A stretch of DNA of 64,000 nucleotides. Origin: Candidatus Methanophagales archaeon. Lineage in GTDB: Archaea > Halobacteriota > Syntropharchaeia > Alkanophagales > Methanospirareceae. Each line of letters begins with the position of its first letter. The first letter of the stretch is position 1. Made by a program: the position numbers and the translations under genes. Below are positions 29,644 through 41,155 of the stretch, one piece after another. The notes beneath the pieces are model-generated. The model made no database searches, was not told where the DNA came from, and worked only from the letters and a program-made list of their open reading frames with translations. The DNA lies in the NCBI GenBank assembly GCA_030602585.1, contig JAUVZJ010000002.1:3262-67261 (forward strand). The letters run 5' to 3'.

Positions 29644-29931
29644 TTATTTCTCACTCTCTTTTCTGCCCTTCAACAATCCGAAATAGTAGCCTATTATTAG
29701 CGAACCGATAGCTGCTTGAAGAGCAAAGAGGAGAGATTCAATTTCTCCACTCGGCGGCTCCCAGATAGGATTCACCCAGGGCTCGTAGTCTAAACTTTGC
29801 GCTATCAGCTCCATTCCTTGACCATCTGCGCCACCCCACTCTGCTTTTGGAATTGCTGTCGTCAGAGCAAGCAAAGAGAAGAAAGAAAACGCAAGCACGA
29901 CTGCAAGGATTGTTGTGACCTCAAACTTCAC
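29644..29931 (-). CDS. cbiN: Cobalt ECF transporter component CbiN
   Basis: WGGADG, YEPW..PIWEPPSGEIESLLFALQAAIG. Confidence 0.95.
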   Translation of the reverse strand: MKFEVTTILAVVLAFSFFSLLALTTAIPKAEWGGADGQGMELIAQSLDYEPWVNPIWEPPSGEIESLLFALQAAIGSLIIGYYFGLLKGRKESEK

Positions 29932-30595
29932 TTCCGCTCACCCCCTTCGGTTGCCACGTCTCCACTGCCACTCCGTGTTCTTGTAAAAGCCTCAACACCA
30001 ATGCCACCGTTATGCCCTCTACAATGGCAAGCGGGACCTGCGTGACTGCAAATATGCCAAAGAAAGCTTCAAAAGAGAGTAAGATACCCCCTTTCGTTGC
30101 AGGAAACGCCGCCGCCAACTGCCCGGCGGTAACCACATAAGTCACTAAGTCGGCAAAGAAAGCCGCTACAAATCCCGAAGTCAGAAGTCCCGCTTTCATT
30201 TTTCTCACTACTATATAAGCCAGCCAGCCAATAACCGGTCCTACTATGCCCATTGAGACCGTGTTTGCACCCAACGTTGTTATCCCTCCATGTGCTAATA
30301 ACAGTGCCTGGAAGAGCAACACAATGATTGATAAGAAAGCGGTAATGCTCGGTCCAAACAATACCACTCCCAAGCCTGTTCCAGTGGGGTGAGAGCAACT
30401 CCCGGTGACCGAAGGCAGTTTCAGAGCGGAGAGTACGAAAATGAAAGCTGCAGTGACAGCCAATAATGGCATTACTCCCTGTCCCCTTTCCCGCAACTTC
30501 TTTGCTCTGTAAATTCCGTAAGCCACTATCGGAACAGCAATTGCATACCACACCACACACCACTCAAGCGGCAAAAAGCCCTCTGCTATATGCAT
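29921..30595 (-). CDS. cbiM: Cobalt ECF transporter S component
   Basis: MHIAEGFLP, SALKLPSVTGSCSHPTG and LAHGGITTLGAN. Confidence 0.96.
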   Translation of the reverse strand: MHIAEGFLPLEWCVVWYAIAVPIVAYGIYRAKKLRERGQGVMPLLAVTAAFIFVLSALKLPSVTGSCSHPTGTGLGVVLFGPSITAFLSIIVLLFQALLLAHGGITTLGANTVSMGIVGPVIGWLAYIVVRKMKAGLLTSGFVAAFFADLVTYVVTAGQLAAAFPATKGGILLSFEAFFGIFAVTQVPLAIVEGITVALVLRLLQEHGVAVETWQPKGVSGSEV

Positions 30596-30693
30596 GTTTT
30601 GTTACATCCGTAAGTTTTATGAAAGGGTGCCTATTTAAAAGTTCTGTTTTGGGTAATAACTGTTATCCGAATGGGTAGCTATTTCGTTTACCT

Positions 30694-33600
30694 TTATTCC
30701 TGATTTTTTCTACCCCCGAGCTTGTAGCCTGCATAGATGACTAAGAGAATAACTATAACTGCTATGAGCCCCACCAGAGGAGTTGCAGAAATAGGAAATC
30801 CTTCTTCTACCTCTACTTCTTCCATCACTTTACCTACTTTTACTACTTCTTCCGCTCCCACACCGCCCTTTCCAGTTGCTGACAACATTTCTTTATTATA
30901 CTTCACCACTGTTCCAGTGCTTATTACTCCCGGAGCTGAAAGTATACCTGCAATATATTCACGTAAAAGAGGATTCCCGCAAGTATGATGGCAGCAAGTC
31001 ACACCATGCTCAGCAACGGATTCGGCATATTCTTTAGCAAGCTCCTTAAGAACCTCTTCAGAAGGATGCCAGTATCCTTTTCTTGACACCTCAAGCATTC
31101 TCGCAGTAATTGATTGGTAGGCATAAGGATTTTCTTCAAAAAATTCCTTCAGCCCAAGATCGTATTTGTCCATAACATAGACCTCGTAAGTTTCATTCCA
31201 CATCCTTTCAGTGATAAGTTCAGGCACAGTTACATCCCATCCCCACTGGTGCTCTACGAATTTTGCCATCTCTCTCGCTCCTGCATACCCCTCCTCCTTC
31301 ATCCCTTTTATCCACTTCGGACTGAAATATCTCGCTCTTTGCTCCCTTGTGAGATAGTTGCTCAGTTCTTCGATTTTTTCTTCTCCGGGATTCCTCTGAT
31401 TGCTTATATAAAGGTCGGGTGCTTCTCCTTTTGTGTTTCTTACTGCTAAAGCTAACCCTCCCAGATATTGGAAATAATCATCGTTGTCCATCACTCCATG
31501 CAGATTAGAGCTTTGACTATGTAATGCAACGTCCACTCTTTTCAGATTCTCCTCAAATACTCCTGCATGCTGATTGCCCCACGTATCCACTCCATATACG
31601 TGGCTCATTCTTTTAATGTAAAGATTGGCAAGTTTTGTCTCGTTTTCCCACGTATTACTGGCACCCACGGCATCATCTAAGTTCGTTCCGTATGCCCCGG
31701 GTAATTCTGAAAATATCCTTGCCTTTGAGAGATTAGTTGCCACAGATTCGTTATATCCTTCTTTTAGAAGACTTGTATAAATGTAAAAAGTGTTTTCTCT
31801 TGCATAGTTCCTGAATTCTTCTTCTGTTACGTTAGAAACAAGCTTAACCGCCTTGTCAATGAGTTTTACCTTATCCGGGAACGTATCTCTATAAAGTCCT
31901 GAAGTGGTAACTAAAACGTCTATCCTTGGTCTCCCAAGCTCCTCAGAATTGATGAGTTCGATGTCCACTACTTTATCTCTCCCGTCCCACACCGGCTTTG
32001 CTCCTAATAAGTATAAAATCTCTGACTCCGTTATTCCTTGATGTCTCATTGTTTCTACTGACCAGAGCACGAAAGCAACTTTATTTGGATATGCCCCCTT
32101 CTTTTCCTGATGTTCGGCTATTAGCTGGTCTGCGAGTTCTTTTCCTATTTTCCATGCTTCTTTTGTGGGAACGATTTTGGAATCAAAGGAATAGAAATTG
32201 TTTCCCGTAGGAATAGCCTCCGGACTTCTAATTGGGTCATTTCCCATTTTTGGTGGGACATATCTTCCTTCTAAGCCCTCTAATACTCTGGGAATCTCAA
32301 TATCGCAGCCCGCAATATTCTCGCTATATTTCTGCGCGAGTTCAAGATCTGTTGTTATGTTGTCTGACATTGTGCCTAAGAGTTTATACTGGGCTTCCTC
32401 AATGGGAGTATTGTTAATAATAACCTCTTCCAGGAGTTCATCGAGCATTGTTTTATTACCTTCAAGAAGGACAAAATGATCAATATCATAAACTGCCCTG
32501 ACATGTTCTTCATATTCTGCTCCCAGCATTGACTTTACCATCTTAATCAGTCTTTCTCCTTCAGGAGGCTGACTCAAGGTGTGCAAGCCATAAGGTATGT
32601 ATTCAGAAGAGAGTTCGTGAAGATACTGATGCACTTTTCCTCTCATCACCAGCTCCTCAAACTCTTCTAACTTCACTTCTCTTAGCTCCTCTGCTGAGAA
32701 GTTAATGTCTTCATCAATTCCCATCCCTTCACAGAGGTCCAATATTGATTGCCTGTACTCTTCCTTAAGACGAGGTTCTGTCGTATCCATGTAAAGATGC
32801 ATCTTTTGATGAAGCTCAGAGAGGTTTCCATATAATCCCGAGCTTTCGATCGGTGGTGTTAGATAATCTACTATAACAGCATTTCCTCTTCTCTTTGCTT
32901 GTGTCCCTTCACCAACGTTATCCATCTCATAGGGATAAATGACTGGCATATCCTGTATTAAAATAACAGGCCAGCAGCTTTCTATTGATAATCCACTCTC
33001 TTTACCTGGGAGCCACTCTTGTGATCCATGCTTTCCGAAGTGTATAATTGCATCTGCCTTATACTCTCGGTTAAGCCAGAAGTAGAAAGCTATGTATTGA
33101 TGGTGAGGAACTAATTCTTTATCATGGTATAGAGCCGTGTTATTCTGCAGTTTCCCCCTTGTTGGTTGAGGAGCAAGTATCATATCCCCTAATTTTATTA
33201 CCGGGAATACAAAATACTTCCCTGTCGTGTTTTCATACACCATCAAATCTCCAGGAGGATTGCCCCATTTCTCTATTACTTTCTCTCTACCCTCTTTCGG
33301 AAGCCCTTTAAACCACTCCGAGTATTTACTCACCGGGAATAAGACCACAGATTCGTTCTCTGCCATTTTTTTGAGTTCACCGGGAGCCCAACTGCCTATA
33401 TTCCTACCTTGACGAATCATTAAATTAATGATCTCTGTTTCGTTAGGAACTTCTCCTCCCACCCTGTAACCTTCTTTTTTCATCGCACCAAGAAGCTTTT
33501 CCAAACTTGGTGCTATATTCAGATAACATGCACCAAAATTGTCTTTCCCGCCTCCGTGATTGTAGTATATAACCGCTATTCTTTTCTCAGGATTATCTTT

Positions 33601-34677
33601 GTTCCTGAGTTCAATCCAGGAAATGGTTCTGTTTACTACCCATTTTATCTGGTCTGGAATGGGATTATAATACCAGTAGCCAGTTACCGGGTCAATTGAC
33701 TTCCCTCCAATTACTACATGCTCTATTGTTCCATCTAACTCCGGCTGAGCTATTTGCCATGGAATTCCTATCCATGAAACCCCTTGCTCACTTTCCCTCC
33801 ATTCTGTCTCATTTTCGGAAGAAAGTTGTACCAAATTCATAACTGGGACGTCAATCCTTTCCAAATCCTTTAACCCTTCTTCAGGAGACTGATAACATAT
33901 TCTAAAAGCTTTCATGGAAAGGATGATATCCGGTTTTGCTTCTTCAAGGAGGAAAGGATTCGTTTTTTGATACGCCGCAATCACATTTATTCCCCTCTCT
34001 TCGAGAGACTCGATAAGTTCATTAATAACTTTTAAATCACCGGTTGCATAATACGACTTATAAAACAATATTCCAGCGGTAGGCTTGCCTAGGTCAGGCT
34101 CATACCATTCTAAATACGTATCTAAACTTTCAAAAAGCTTCTTCGCTTCCGGATGGTATATCGCATCTTCTGGCAAAATCATCGGTGTTTTCACTTCGAG
34201 TTTCATCTCGCAGAACTTAACAGCCAAATAAACCAAAAGCCTTTTTGCGTTCTCCGTTCCGCCATTTCCCAAGTATTTCTCAATCCAGGGATACTCACTC
34301 ACATTCACATTTCCTAAATCAGTCTCTCCAGAGTGTATGACAATTATTTTCGCTCCCGCTTCCTTTGCTTCTCTTATCCTGTTCTCTACTTCCATTCGGG
34401 ACTTCGACTCCAACATCTGCAGTAAAATAATATCGTATCCCCTTAAACTCGCTGGTATTCTTGAGATTTCTTTAGTTGTGTAGGTAGTAACATTAAAACC
34501 TAACTCCTCAGCAGCATCCGCGATTAGACCTTTATAGCCAGCAGAACCCACAATAAAACATATATCGCATTTACTATCCTTTCCCTGAGTGGATAATACG
34601 CTTTGAAAAATAGGGCTGCATAGAAACATGCACAAGATGAAAACTGTTAACACCCTAACTATTTTCATTTTTGTCAT
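30694..34677 (-). CDS. cobN: CobN/ChlH-family chelatase-like protein with N-terminal signal/TM and C-terminal TM anchor (HmuS-like)
   Basis: HFGKHGSQEWLPGK, EGTQAKRR, PTGNNFY, GRPRIDV, SGLYRD, W-I-GM and CCHHTC; hydrophobic N- and C-termini. Confidence 0.9.
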   Translation of the reverse strand: MTKMKIVRVLTVFILCMFLCSPIFQSVLSTQGKDSKCDICFIVGSAGYKGLIADAAEELGFNVTTYTTKEISRIPASLRGYDIILLQMLESKSRMEVENRIREAKEAGAKIIVIHSGETDLGNVNVSEYPWIEKYLGNGGTENAKRLLVYLAVKFCEMKLEVKTPMILPEDAIYHPEAKKLFESLDTYLEWYEPDLGKPTAGILFYKSYYATGDLKVINELIESLEERGINVIAAYQKTNPFLLEEAKPDIILSMKAFRICYQSPEEGLKDLERIDVPVMNLVQLSSENETEWRESEQGVSWIGIPWQIAQPELDGTIEHVVIGGKSIDPVTGYWYYNPIPDQIKWVVNRTISWIELRNKDNPEKRIAVIYYNHGGGKDNFGACYLNIAPSLEKLLGAMKKEGYRVGGEVPNETEIINLMIRQGRNIGSWAPGELKKMAENESVVLFPVSKYSEWFKGLPKEGREKVIEKWGNPPGDLMVYENTTGKYFVFPVIKLGDMILAPQPTRGKLQNNTALYHDKELVPHHQYIAFYFWLNREYKADAIIHFGKHGSQEWLPGKESGLSIESCWPVILIQDMPVIYPYEMDNVGEGTQAKRRGNAVIVDYLTPPIESSGLYGNLSELHQKMHLYMDTTEPRLKEEYRQSILDLCEGMGIDEDINFSAEELREVKLEEFEELVMRGKVHQYLHELSSEYIPYGLHTLSQPPEGERLIKMVKSMLGAEYEEHVRAVYDIDHFVLLEGNKTMLDELLEEVIINNTPIEEAQYKLLGTMSDNITTDLELAQKYSENIAGCDIEIPRVLEGLEGRYVPPKMGNDPIRSPEAIPTGNNFYSFDSKIVPTKEAWKIGKELADQLIAEHQEKKGAYPNKVAFVLWSVETMRHQGITESEILYLLGAKPVWDGRDKVVDIELINSEELGRPRIDVLVTTSGLYRDTFPDKVKLIDKAVKLVSNVTEEEFRNYARENTFYIYTSLLKEGYNESVATNLSKARIFSELPGAYGTNLDDAVGASNTWENETKLANLYIKRMSHVYGVDTWGNQHAGVFEENLKRVDVALHSQSSNLHGVMDNDDYFQYLGGLALAVRNTKGEAPDLYISNQRNPGEEKIEELSNYLTREQRARYFSPKWIKGMKEEGYAGAREMAKFVEHQWGWDVTVPELITERMWNETYEVYVMDKYDLGLKEFFEENPYAYQSITARMLEVSRKGYWHPSEEVLKELAKEYAESVAEHGVTCCHHTCGNPLLREYIAGILSAPGVISTGTVVKYNKEMLSATGKGGVGAEEVVKVGKVMEEVEVEEGFPISATPLVGLIAVIVILLVIYAGYKLGGRKNQE

Positions 34678-35023
34678 CCCTCTCCAAATCCACGGGGACA
34701 TAAATTATCTCGCCGGTTTCTAATTTATAAGCAGTTCCGAGTATTTTTCCTTTCCCTCCCGCGGTTTTGTTAGTCATTTCCAGATGTTTTATCTCTTTTC
34801 CTTCTTTAATGATAATCTCCATGTCTTCTTCACCGGGATTCTTGATAATGGTCACATTTGATTCCTCAGAAAGAAGCTCTGGTAGGTGTGAGGAGAAAGC
34901 AAAGGCAATAAGCAATATTACCGCAAAAGCCATTGCTACGTCGAATAGATTAGCTAATCCACTCATAGGGTCTTCATTATCTCCGATAATATCTCTATAC
35001 CTCCTTCTTCTTGACATATTCAT
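34655..35023 (-). CDS. DUF2149 membrane protein (HmuV-like)
   Basis: EDPMSGLANLFDVAMAFAV, IKNPG...MEII and GTAYKL..GEIIYVP. Confidence 0.9.
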   Translation of the reverse strand: MNMSRRRRYRDIIGDNEDPMSGLANLFDVAMAFAVILLIAFAFSSHLPELLSEESNVTIIKNPGEEDMEIIIKEGKEIKHLEMTNKTAGGKGKILGTAYKLETGEIIYVPVDLERDDKNENS

Positions 35024-35639
35024 CACCTCCTAAAACTTCCACTACATATTCCATATCACTTAAGTCTTGAGAATACCATCTCTTTTTGATCGTCACCATA
35101 ACGTAGTTTATTCCTCCGATAAGTAAACCCAGGACGGTGGTGCTGAATACAACAATCATATTTGTAGCCATTTCACTTATGTTTCCCGAAGCCAAATTCA
35201 TTAACGCTGGACCCATGGGTATTAACGTCCCCATTAGCCCTAACATCGGTCCTACCCTGATTAATATCCTTTCCTTCTCGGTTCTTTCCCATATGGCTAT
35301 CTCATACTCTTGTAGAAGCTTTTCAGCCTCTGTTTTGAAATTCCTCCTTCCAATAAATTCAGAAAGTTCGTTAATAAATTTAGAGAGCAAATAACTTGAA
35401 CCACTACTCATTACGGTTTCGGAAGCTTTTTCTATTTCGCCTCCTACTAAAAACTTTTTCGCCTCCCCACAGCCTATTCTAAGCCTTTTTAGATTGCGAT
35501 TCCTGGAAGTATATTCGGAGAAGAATGCACCTATTTCTGCAAAGGAATAGACTAAAAGCAGAAGAAGCCCTACTATCACGGGATACAATAGCGCCAGGGT
35601 TACCGTGTAAAGAGTAGTTAACAGTGTCTCAGAGACCAT
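34995..35639 (-). CDS. MotA/TolQ/ExbB proton-channel family protein (HmuU-like)
   Basis: RVGPMLGLMGTLIPMGPAL...FSTTVLGL. Confidence 0.9.
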   Translation of the reverse strand: MVSETLLTTLYTVTLALLYPVIVGLLLLLVYSFAEIGAFFSEYTSRNRNLKRLRIGCGEAKKFLVGGEIEKASETVMSSGSSYLLSKFINELSEFIGRRNFKTEAEKLLQEYEIAIWERTEKERILIRVGPMLGLMGTLIPMGPALMNLASGNISEMATNMIVVFSTTVLGLLIGGINYVMVTIKKRWYSQDLSDMEYVVEVLGGDEYVKKKEV

Positions 35640-35640
35640 C

Positions 35641-36348
35641 TCATCTATTCACCTCCTTTATCCTATGTCTTAAGAAACCAACGAAAAAGAGGAAAAGAGT
35701 GAAAAGAGTGAAAAGAACCAAATTGTCTAAAGGCATGGGAATGCTTAAAGGTGCTATTTCCATATCACTCGCCCGGATATACGCTGGTATGAGTATAACA
35801 GATAGAAGATAAAAACTTCCAATGAATATCATTATATTTCCAAGGTTAACAGGGCTTTTCTTAAACTTTCTGGAAAGCAAAGAAGTTATCAAGATTGTTA
35901 TAAAAAAGATAAAACCAACAGAAGTTCCAATTGCAAAACTGCTCAAGTCAGTATAAGCTGCTAAAGCGGTGCAGGAGATAAAAATGGCAGTCAGGCAGAT
36001 AGGACAAGGGATAGAAAGTAGCAGGAAGGAGCGCCTGGAGATATCTCGCCTTTTTGAATTCCATTCCTTCACCGTGTGTATACCTGCCGCCAGCATAGCT
36101 ATGGAAAGCAGTGTAAAAAAGATAACATAAACAGTGGTAACGCCTCTGCTAAGAATCAACTGTCCAACCCTAATCGGGACCAATTCCAGTAATTGATTGA
36201 CTGCAATTGAAAGGAGAAGATATACACTACCCACATATACAATTTCCTTCCTCTTTAAACTCGCTAATCCACACCCTATCCCCGCTTTTGCCGCAAGAAC
36301 AAAAATGCTCAAAAAAACAGCAATAAAAAGTCCTGGTATCAGATTCAT
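35641..36348 (-). CDS. DUF2162 membrane protein
   Basis: AKAGIG, PCPIC motif and multiple TMs, in the usual position next to the MotA/DUF2149 genes. Confidence 0.8.
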   Translation of the reverse strand: MNLIPGLFIAVFLSIFVLAAKAGIGCGLASLKRKEIVYVGSVYLLLSIAVNQLLELVPIRVGQLILSRGVTTVYVIFFTLLSIAMLAAGIHTVKEWNSKRRDISRRSFLLLSIPCPICLTAIFISCTALAAYTDLSSFAIGTSVGFIFFITILITSLLSRKFKKSPVNLGNIMIFIGSFYLLSVILIPAYIRASDMEIAPLSIPMPLDNLVLFTLFTLFLFFVGFLRHRIKEVNR

Positions 36349-37046
36349 TTAGTTACATTCGCCTCCCTCGTAAATGCCTTCTCGCTCAACCCATATTCAG
36401 AAATATCAAGTAGCCAACTTCCGTCCTTTAATTTCTTATCCGATTTTATTATCTCCACTCTTCTCTGGAATAAAGGACCATCAACTACAAAAGTGTGATA
36501 TTCGCCATGTTCACCGCAGGGATGAATTTCTTCTGGCAACTCATTAATGAATTTCTCGTTTAATTCCCTACCTACCCACTCTTTACCAAACAAATCAGCT
36601 TTAACTTTTATAACTATCGCTTTAAATCCCGTGTTCACAAATTCTTTCAGAATTTCCCGCGGGTCATTTCCCCATAACGGTTCTATTGACGCCACTTCTA
36701 CTTCTGTGCAAACCCTATCCACCCATTCCTTGTGTTCTTGCAGGTCCATATCACCAAAGACACCACCTTTCACTCCCTTCTTTTTTAATTCTCCCACTGC
36801 TTCCTTAAATTTTGCTTCGTAGCCCCCCCACGAGCTCTTAACTTGAATTATGGGTATTCCTATTGCCTTTGCCTGTAAGGCTATCAAATCAGAGCTGATT
36901 CCATGAGCCCTTGACCTCGTTCCGTCCTCGGATACGAAATTGAGAAGATAAGAAACGTCAAAGCCGTTTGATAATGCTTTATAGCAGGCAAGGCAACTTT
37001 CCTTTCCACCACTCCAGGAAGCGAAAACCTTCTTCTTTTCTTTCAT
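36345..37046 (-). CDS. Diphthine-ammonia ligase-like (DUF71/Dph6-related) PP-loop ATPase
   Basis: ASWSGGKES, GVFGD, PLW and PCGEHGEYHTFVVDGP. Confidence 0.88.
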   Translation of the reverse strand: MKEKKKVFASWSGGKESCLACYKALSNGFDVSYLLNFVSEDGTRSRAHGISSDLIALQAKAIGIPIIQVKSSWGGYEAKFKEAVGELKKKGVKGGVFGDMDLQEHKEWVDRVCTEVEVASIEPLWGNDPREILKEFVNTGFKAIVIKVKADLFGKEWVGRELNEKFINELPEEIHPCGEHGEYHTFVVDGPLFQRRVEIIKSDKKLKDGSWLLDISEYGLSEKAFTREANVTK

Positions 37047-37175
37047 TTCATCTCAGCTCTGAAGTGCAAAATTTGTCTTTAAATAACCTTTGTTTTGGCT
37101 AACAATTATAACCCAAATGGGTAATAAAGGGCATCCTTTAACTCAAAACTCTTTCTAAACGGATTTAATTGTAAT

Positions 37176-38435
37176 TCAACAAAAATCCACAAGCCTCTTC
37201 TGTCTTAACATCACACTTCGCGCCTCAAAATCTTTTAGCCCTAACTTTCCTTCATGTTTTGACTGCAATCCCGAATTTATATACTCTAAAGCCTCCTTTT
37301 GGGTCTCGAACTTCTCACAGCCCTTTCTAAAAGCATCCCTTACCGTCTCTCTAACGAGCCAAACACCCAGAGGAATGAAATAGCGAGGGTGTATTTCTCT
37401 GAACACAACTACGCCTGCCTGTCGCTTCATCTTGTGCAACGCCTCCGCAACCGCCAGTCTTGCCGCATAATAGCCCCCGCCTTCCTCAGCAGCATACCTT
37501 TTCCTGCCTTTGAATCCCTCATATTCCTCCAATACCACGGGTCTCTGACCCAACGCATCGTTCCAAACAGAACCCGGAAACCACGCCTCGAAGTTCTCAT
37601 ACTCAAATAACGACGGCATCAGTAATATCTGGAAGTGATTGTCCATATACGACGATTCATATACATAAAAGGAGTCAACAGGCGGGTATTCCTTCACCTG
37701 TGATGCCAGCCGTCTAAATATGATGTCATCGGTTGCGGTGATGCTCCATCTTGTCGGAACCATTTTTTTATCACTGTTCAATCCTAACGCACCTGATGAC
37801 AATATCACCGATACCTTATAAACATCCAATCCGAGGTCGTAAAGCGCTTTAGCGGCTTCCTCTGCTCTTAGCTCATCAGAAACGATGCTTTCCACTTTCT
37901 TTGGTATCTTCGGATTCTCTGTGACTTTCATCTTTTCCACATTCACACTGGCTCCCATCGGCTGAATTATATCGGAAAAAGAAATCTTAAACGATAGTTT
38001 ATTCTCAAAAGAGAGCTCAACCTCTGTCGGATGCTCCGCCATTGCTATTTCGCTCATGTCAGAAAGAAACTTAGACCGCGAGGTTATATTTTCACTCTTT
38101 TTCGCTCGTAACATGGAACTTCTCATCCCTATTATTTCTTCCATATCAAGACCTTGGGCAAACCACTCGCTTGGCTCTTCCATTCTTCCGGGTTCGACAC
38201 CAAGCTCCTCTCCTTCTATTACCGTCATCGGTCCCACTCCTACTCTGGGATAACCCCTTCTTCCGACGAAAACGGAAGTTGAAGGACCAAAGAAATCCTT
38301 TGTATTCGTTATCTTATCAAACTCAGACCGTTTATTCAAAGCTGCGAGTAAGGGACATGTATTTCTTCCACATAACAACCTCGACCCTTTGCAAACAATA
38401 CACAATCTCGGCATTGACATTGGCGTGCATACCAC
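37176..38435 (-). CDS. nreA: Nre-family DNA repair protein with C-terminal PIP box
   Basis: CIVCKG...LCG...CP, VFVGR.GYP, PTRWSITATD, GGYYAARL and terminal QKRLVDF. Confidence 0.9.
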   Translation of the reverse strand: MVCTPMSMPRLCIVCKGSRLLCGRNTCPLLAALNKRSEFDKITNTKDFFGPSTSVFVGRRGYPRVGVGPMTVIEGEELGVEPGRMEEPSEWFAQGLDMEEIIGMRSSMLRAKKSENITSRSKFLSDMSEIAMAEHPTEVELSFENKLSFKISFSDIIQPMGASVNVEKMKVTENPKIPKKVESIVSDELRAEEAAKALYDLGLDVYKVSVILSSGALGLNSDKKMVPTRWSITATDDIIFRRLASQVKEYPPVDSFYVYESSYMDNHFQILLMPSLFEYENFEAWFPGSVWNDALGQRPVVLEEYEGFKGRKRYAAEEGGGYYAARLAVAEALHKMKRQAGVVVFREIHPRYFIPLGVWLVRETVRDAFRKGCEKFETQKEALEYINSGLQSKHEGKLGLKDFEARSVMLRQKRLVDFC

Positions 38436-38437
38436 CC

Positions 38438-39592
38438 CTAATCTCTTGCCACACTTTCCTTTGTTTCTATCTCAGCCTCAACCTCTTTTTCACCTTTTAT
38501 TATCGCACTTCTCATATACCACGAGATTCTCACACCTATAAGTGATATGATAACCGCACCAAGTATGGAGAGGAAGAGGTATAGATAGCCCATCGGATAA
38601 TTACCCTTGCTTAACAAAATTATACATTTGCTCCCTCCCCAGAGAATCAGCCCAGAGGCAATTATAGAGAATAATATAGCCCACTGCCTGACTATTTTTT
38701 CCCCTTCTATGAGCATATTCGTCATCTTACCAATAAGAGGAGCGAGTGCTGCTCCCACATACCACCATATCGCCCCCTTGACATAGTGCATCAGACCCGT
38801 TAATAAAATACGCTCACTTGCTTCGAGCGGTTGTATATATTTATCATATTCCACGATACCTAGAAAGGTGCCAGCTAAGAGTAGCACAAATGCACAGATG
38901 TAAGAGACAAACGAGATTCTACCGCTATAAATGGATTGCTTCACGGTATTAAAGAACTCGCGCATGAGATTTTCAAGTCCAAATCCTTTAAGTAATAGGT
39001 AAATCCCTATAAACCCAAAAATTAGCCCTACTGCCCATCCTGGCTGTCCAACCATGAAAGAGATGAATAATGCAATAAAAATAAGACCTATGGGCGGCAA
39101 GAAAGTGCGAGAAAACTTCGGGTCCTCGAATAATCGCTTCATCACATAAAAAGTGCTTTCCAATGGCTCACTCTGCCTCACCACCACTCTCCGCACAGAA
39201 TCTATCTTCACCCTTGATTGGATAATGGGAATAATCAATTCGTCCTCTGCGCCATCACTCACGAGAATTGCGGAATCAGCCCATGATTTGGACAGAACCT
39301 CATCCAGTTCTTTACCTATTTTTATGTCCGACTCTATTCCGACATTCTTATCGCCTGCAACCAAAACAACTTCAACCTCAGCGCCTTCTTCACCTGAACT
39401 CAATTTTTCATATATTCTAATTGCTTCAAATATCGCATTTATATCCGAATCCTCAGAATCCGCGAGTGCCAATTTTGTTGCTGCTGATAAACTCGCCTCT
39501 CTACCTATAATCGGCGTCTCTAAGCCTGTTTTCTCTCCTATGTCATTATCCCGGTCTACGCAAATAACAAGCGTCTTCACCAGTTTACTCAT
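38438..39592 (-). CDS. DUF373 family membrane protein
   Basis: LVICVDRDNDIG, EDSD.N, SDGAEDE and VVVRQS, then TM helices. Confidence 0.88.
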   Translation of the reverse strand: MSKLVKTLVICVDRDNDIGEKTGLETPIIGREASLSAATKLALADSEDSDINAIFEAIRIYEKLSSGEEGAEVEVVLVAGDKNVGIESDIKIGKELDEVLSKSWADSAILVSDGAEDELIIPIIQSRVKIDSVRRVVVRQSEPLESTFYVMKRLFEDPKFSRTFLPPIGLIFIALFISFMVGQPGWAVGLIFGFIGIYLLLKGFGLENLMREFFNTVKQSIYSGRISFVSYICAFVLLLAGTFLGIVEYDKYIQPLEASERILLTGLMHYVKGAIWWYVGAALAPLIGKMTNMLIEGEKIVRQWAILFSIIASGLILWGGSKCIILLSKGNYPMGYLYLFLSILGAVIISLIGVRISWYMRSAIIKGEKEVEAEIETKESVARD

Positions 39593-39631
39593 CTATTATT
39601 TTTATTCCCCACTTTAATATATAAACATTTT

Positions 39632-41128
<1,497 letters not shown>

Positions 41129-41155
41129 TTTAAACTTTTTGTTTCGTTCTCTTTT

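Noticed and set aside
30596..30693. Cobalamin riboswitch or metal-regulator site before cbiM
   Set aside because: The gap is under 100 bp, AT-rich, and has no recognisable B12-box or clear palindrome.
36345..37046. Calling this gene the true diphthamide synthetase dph6
   Set aside because: The ES substitution in the PP-loop, the PCGE.GEYHT subtype and the cobalamin context point to the paralogous DUF71 group, so no gene symbol was given.
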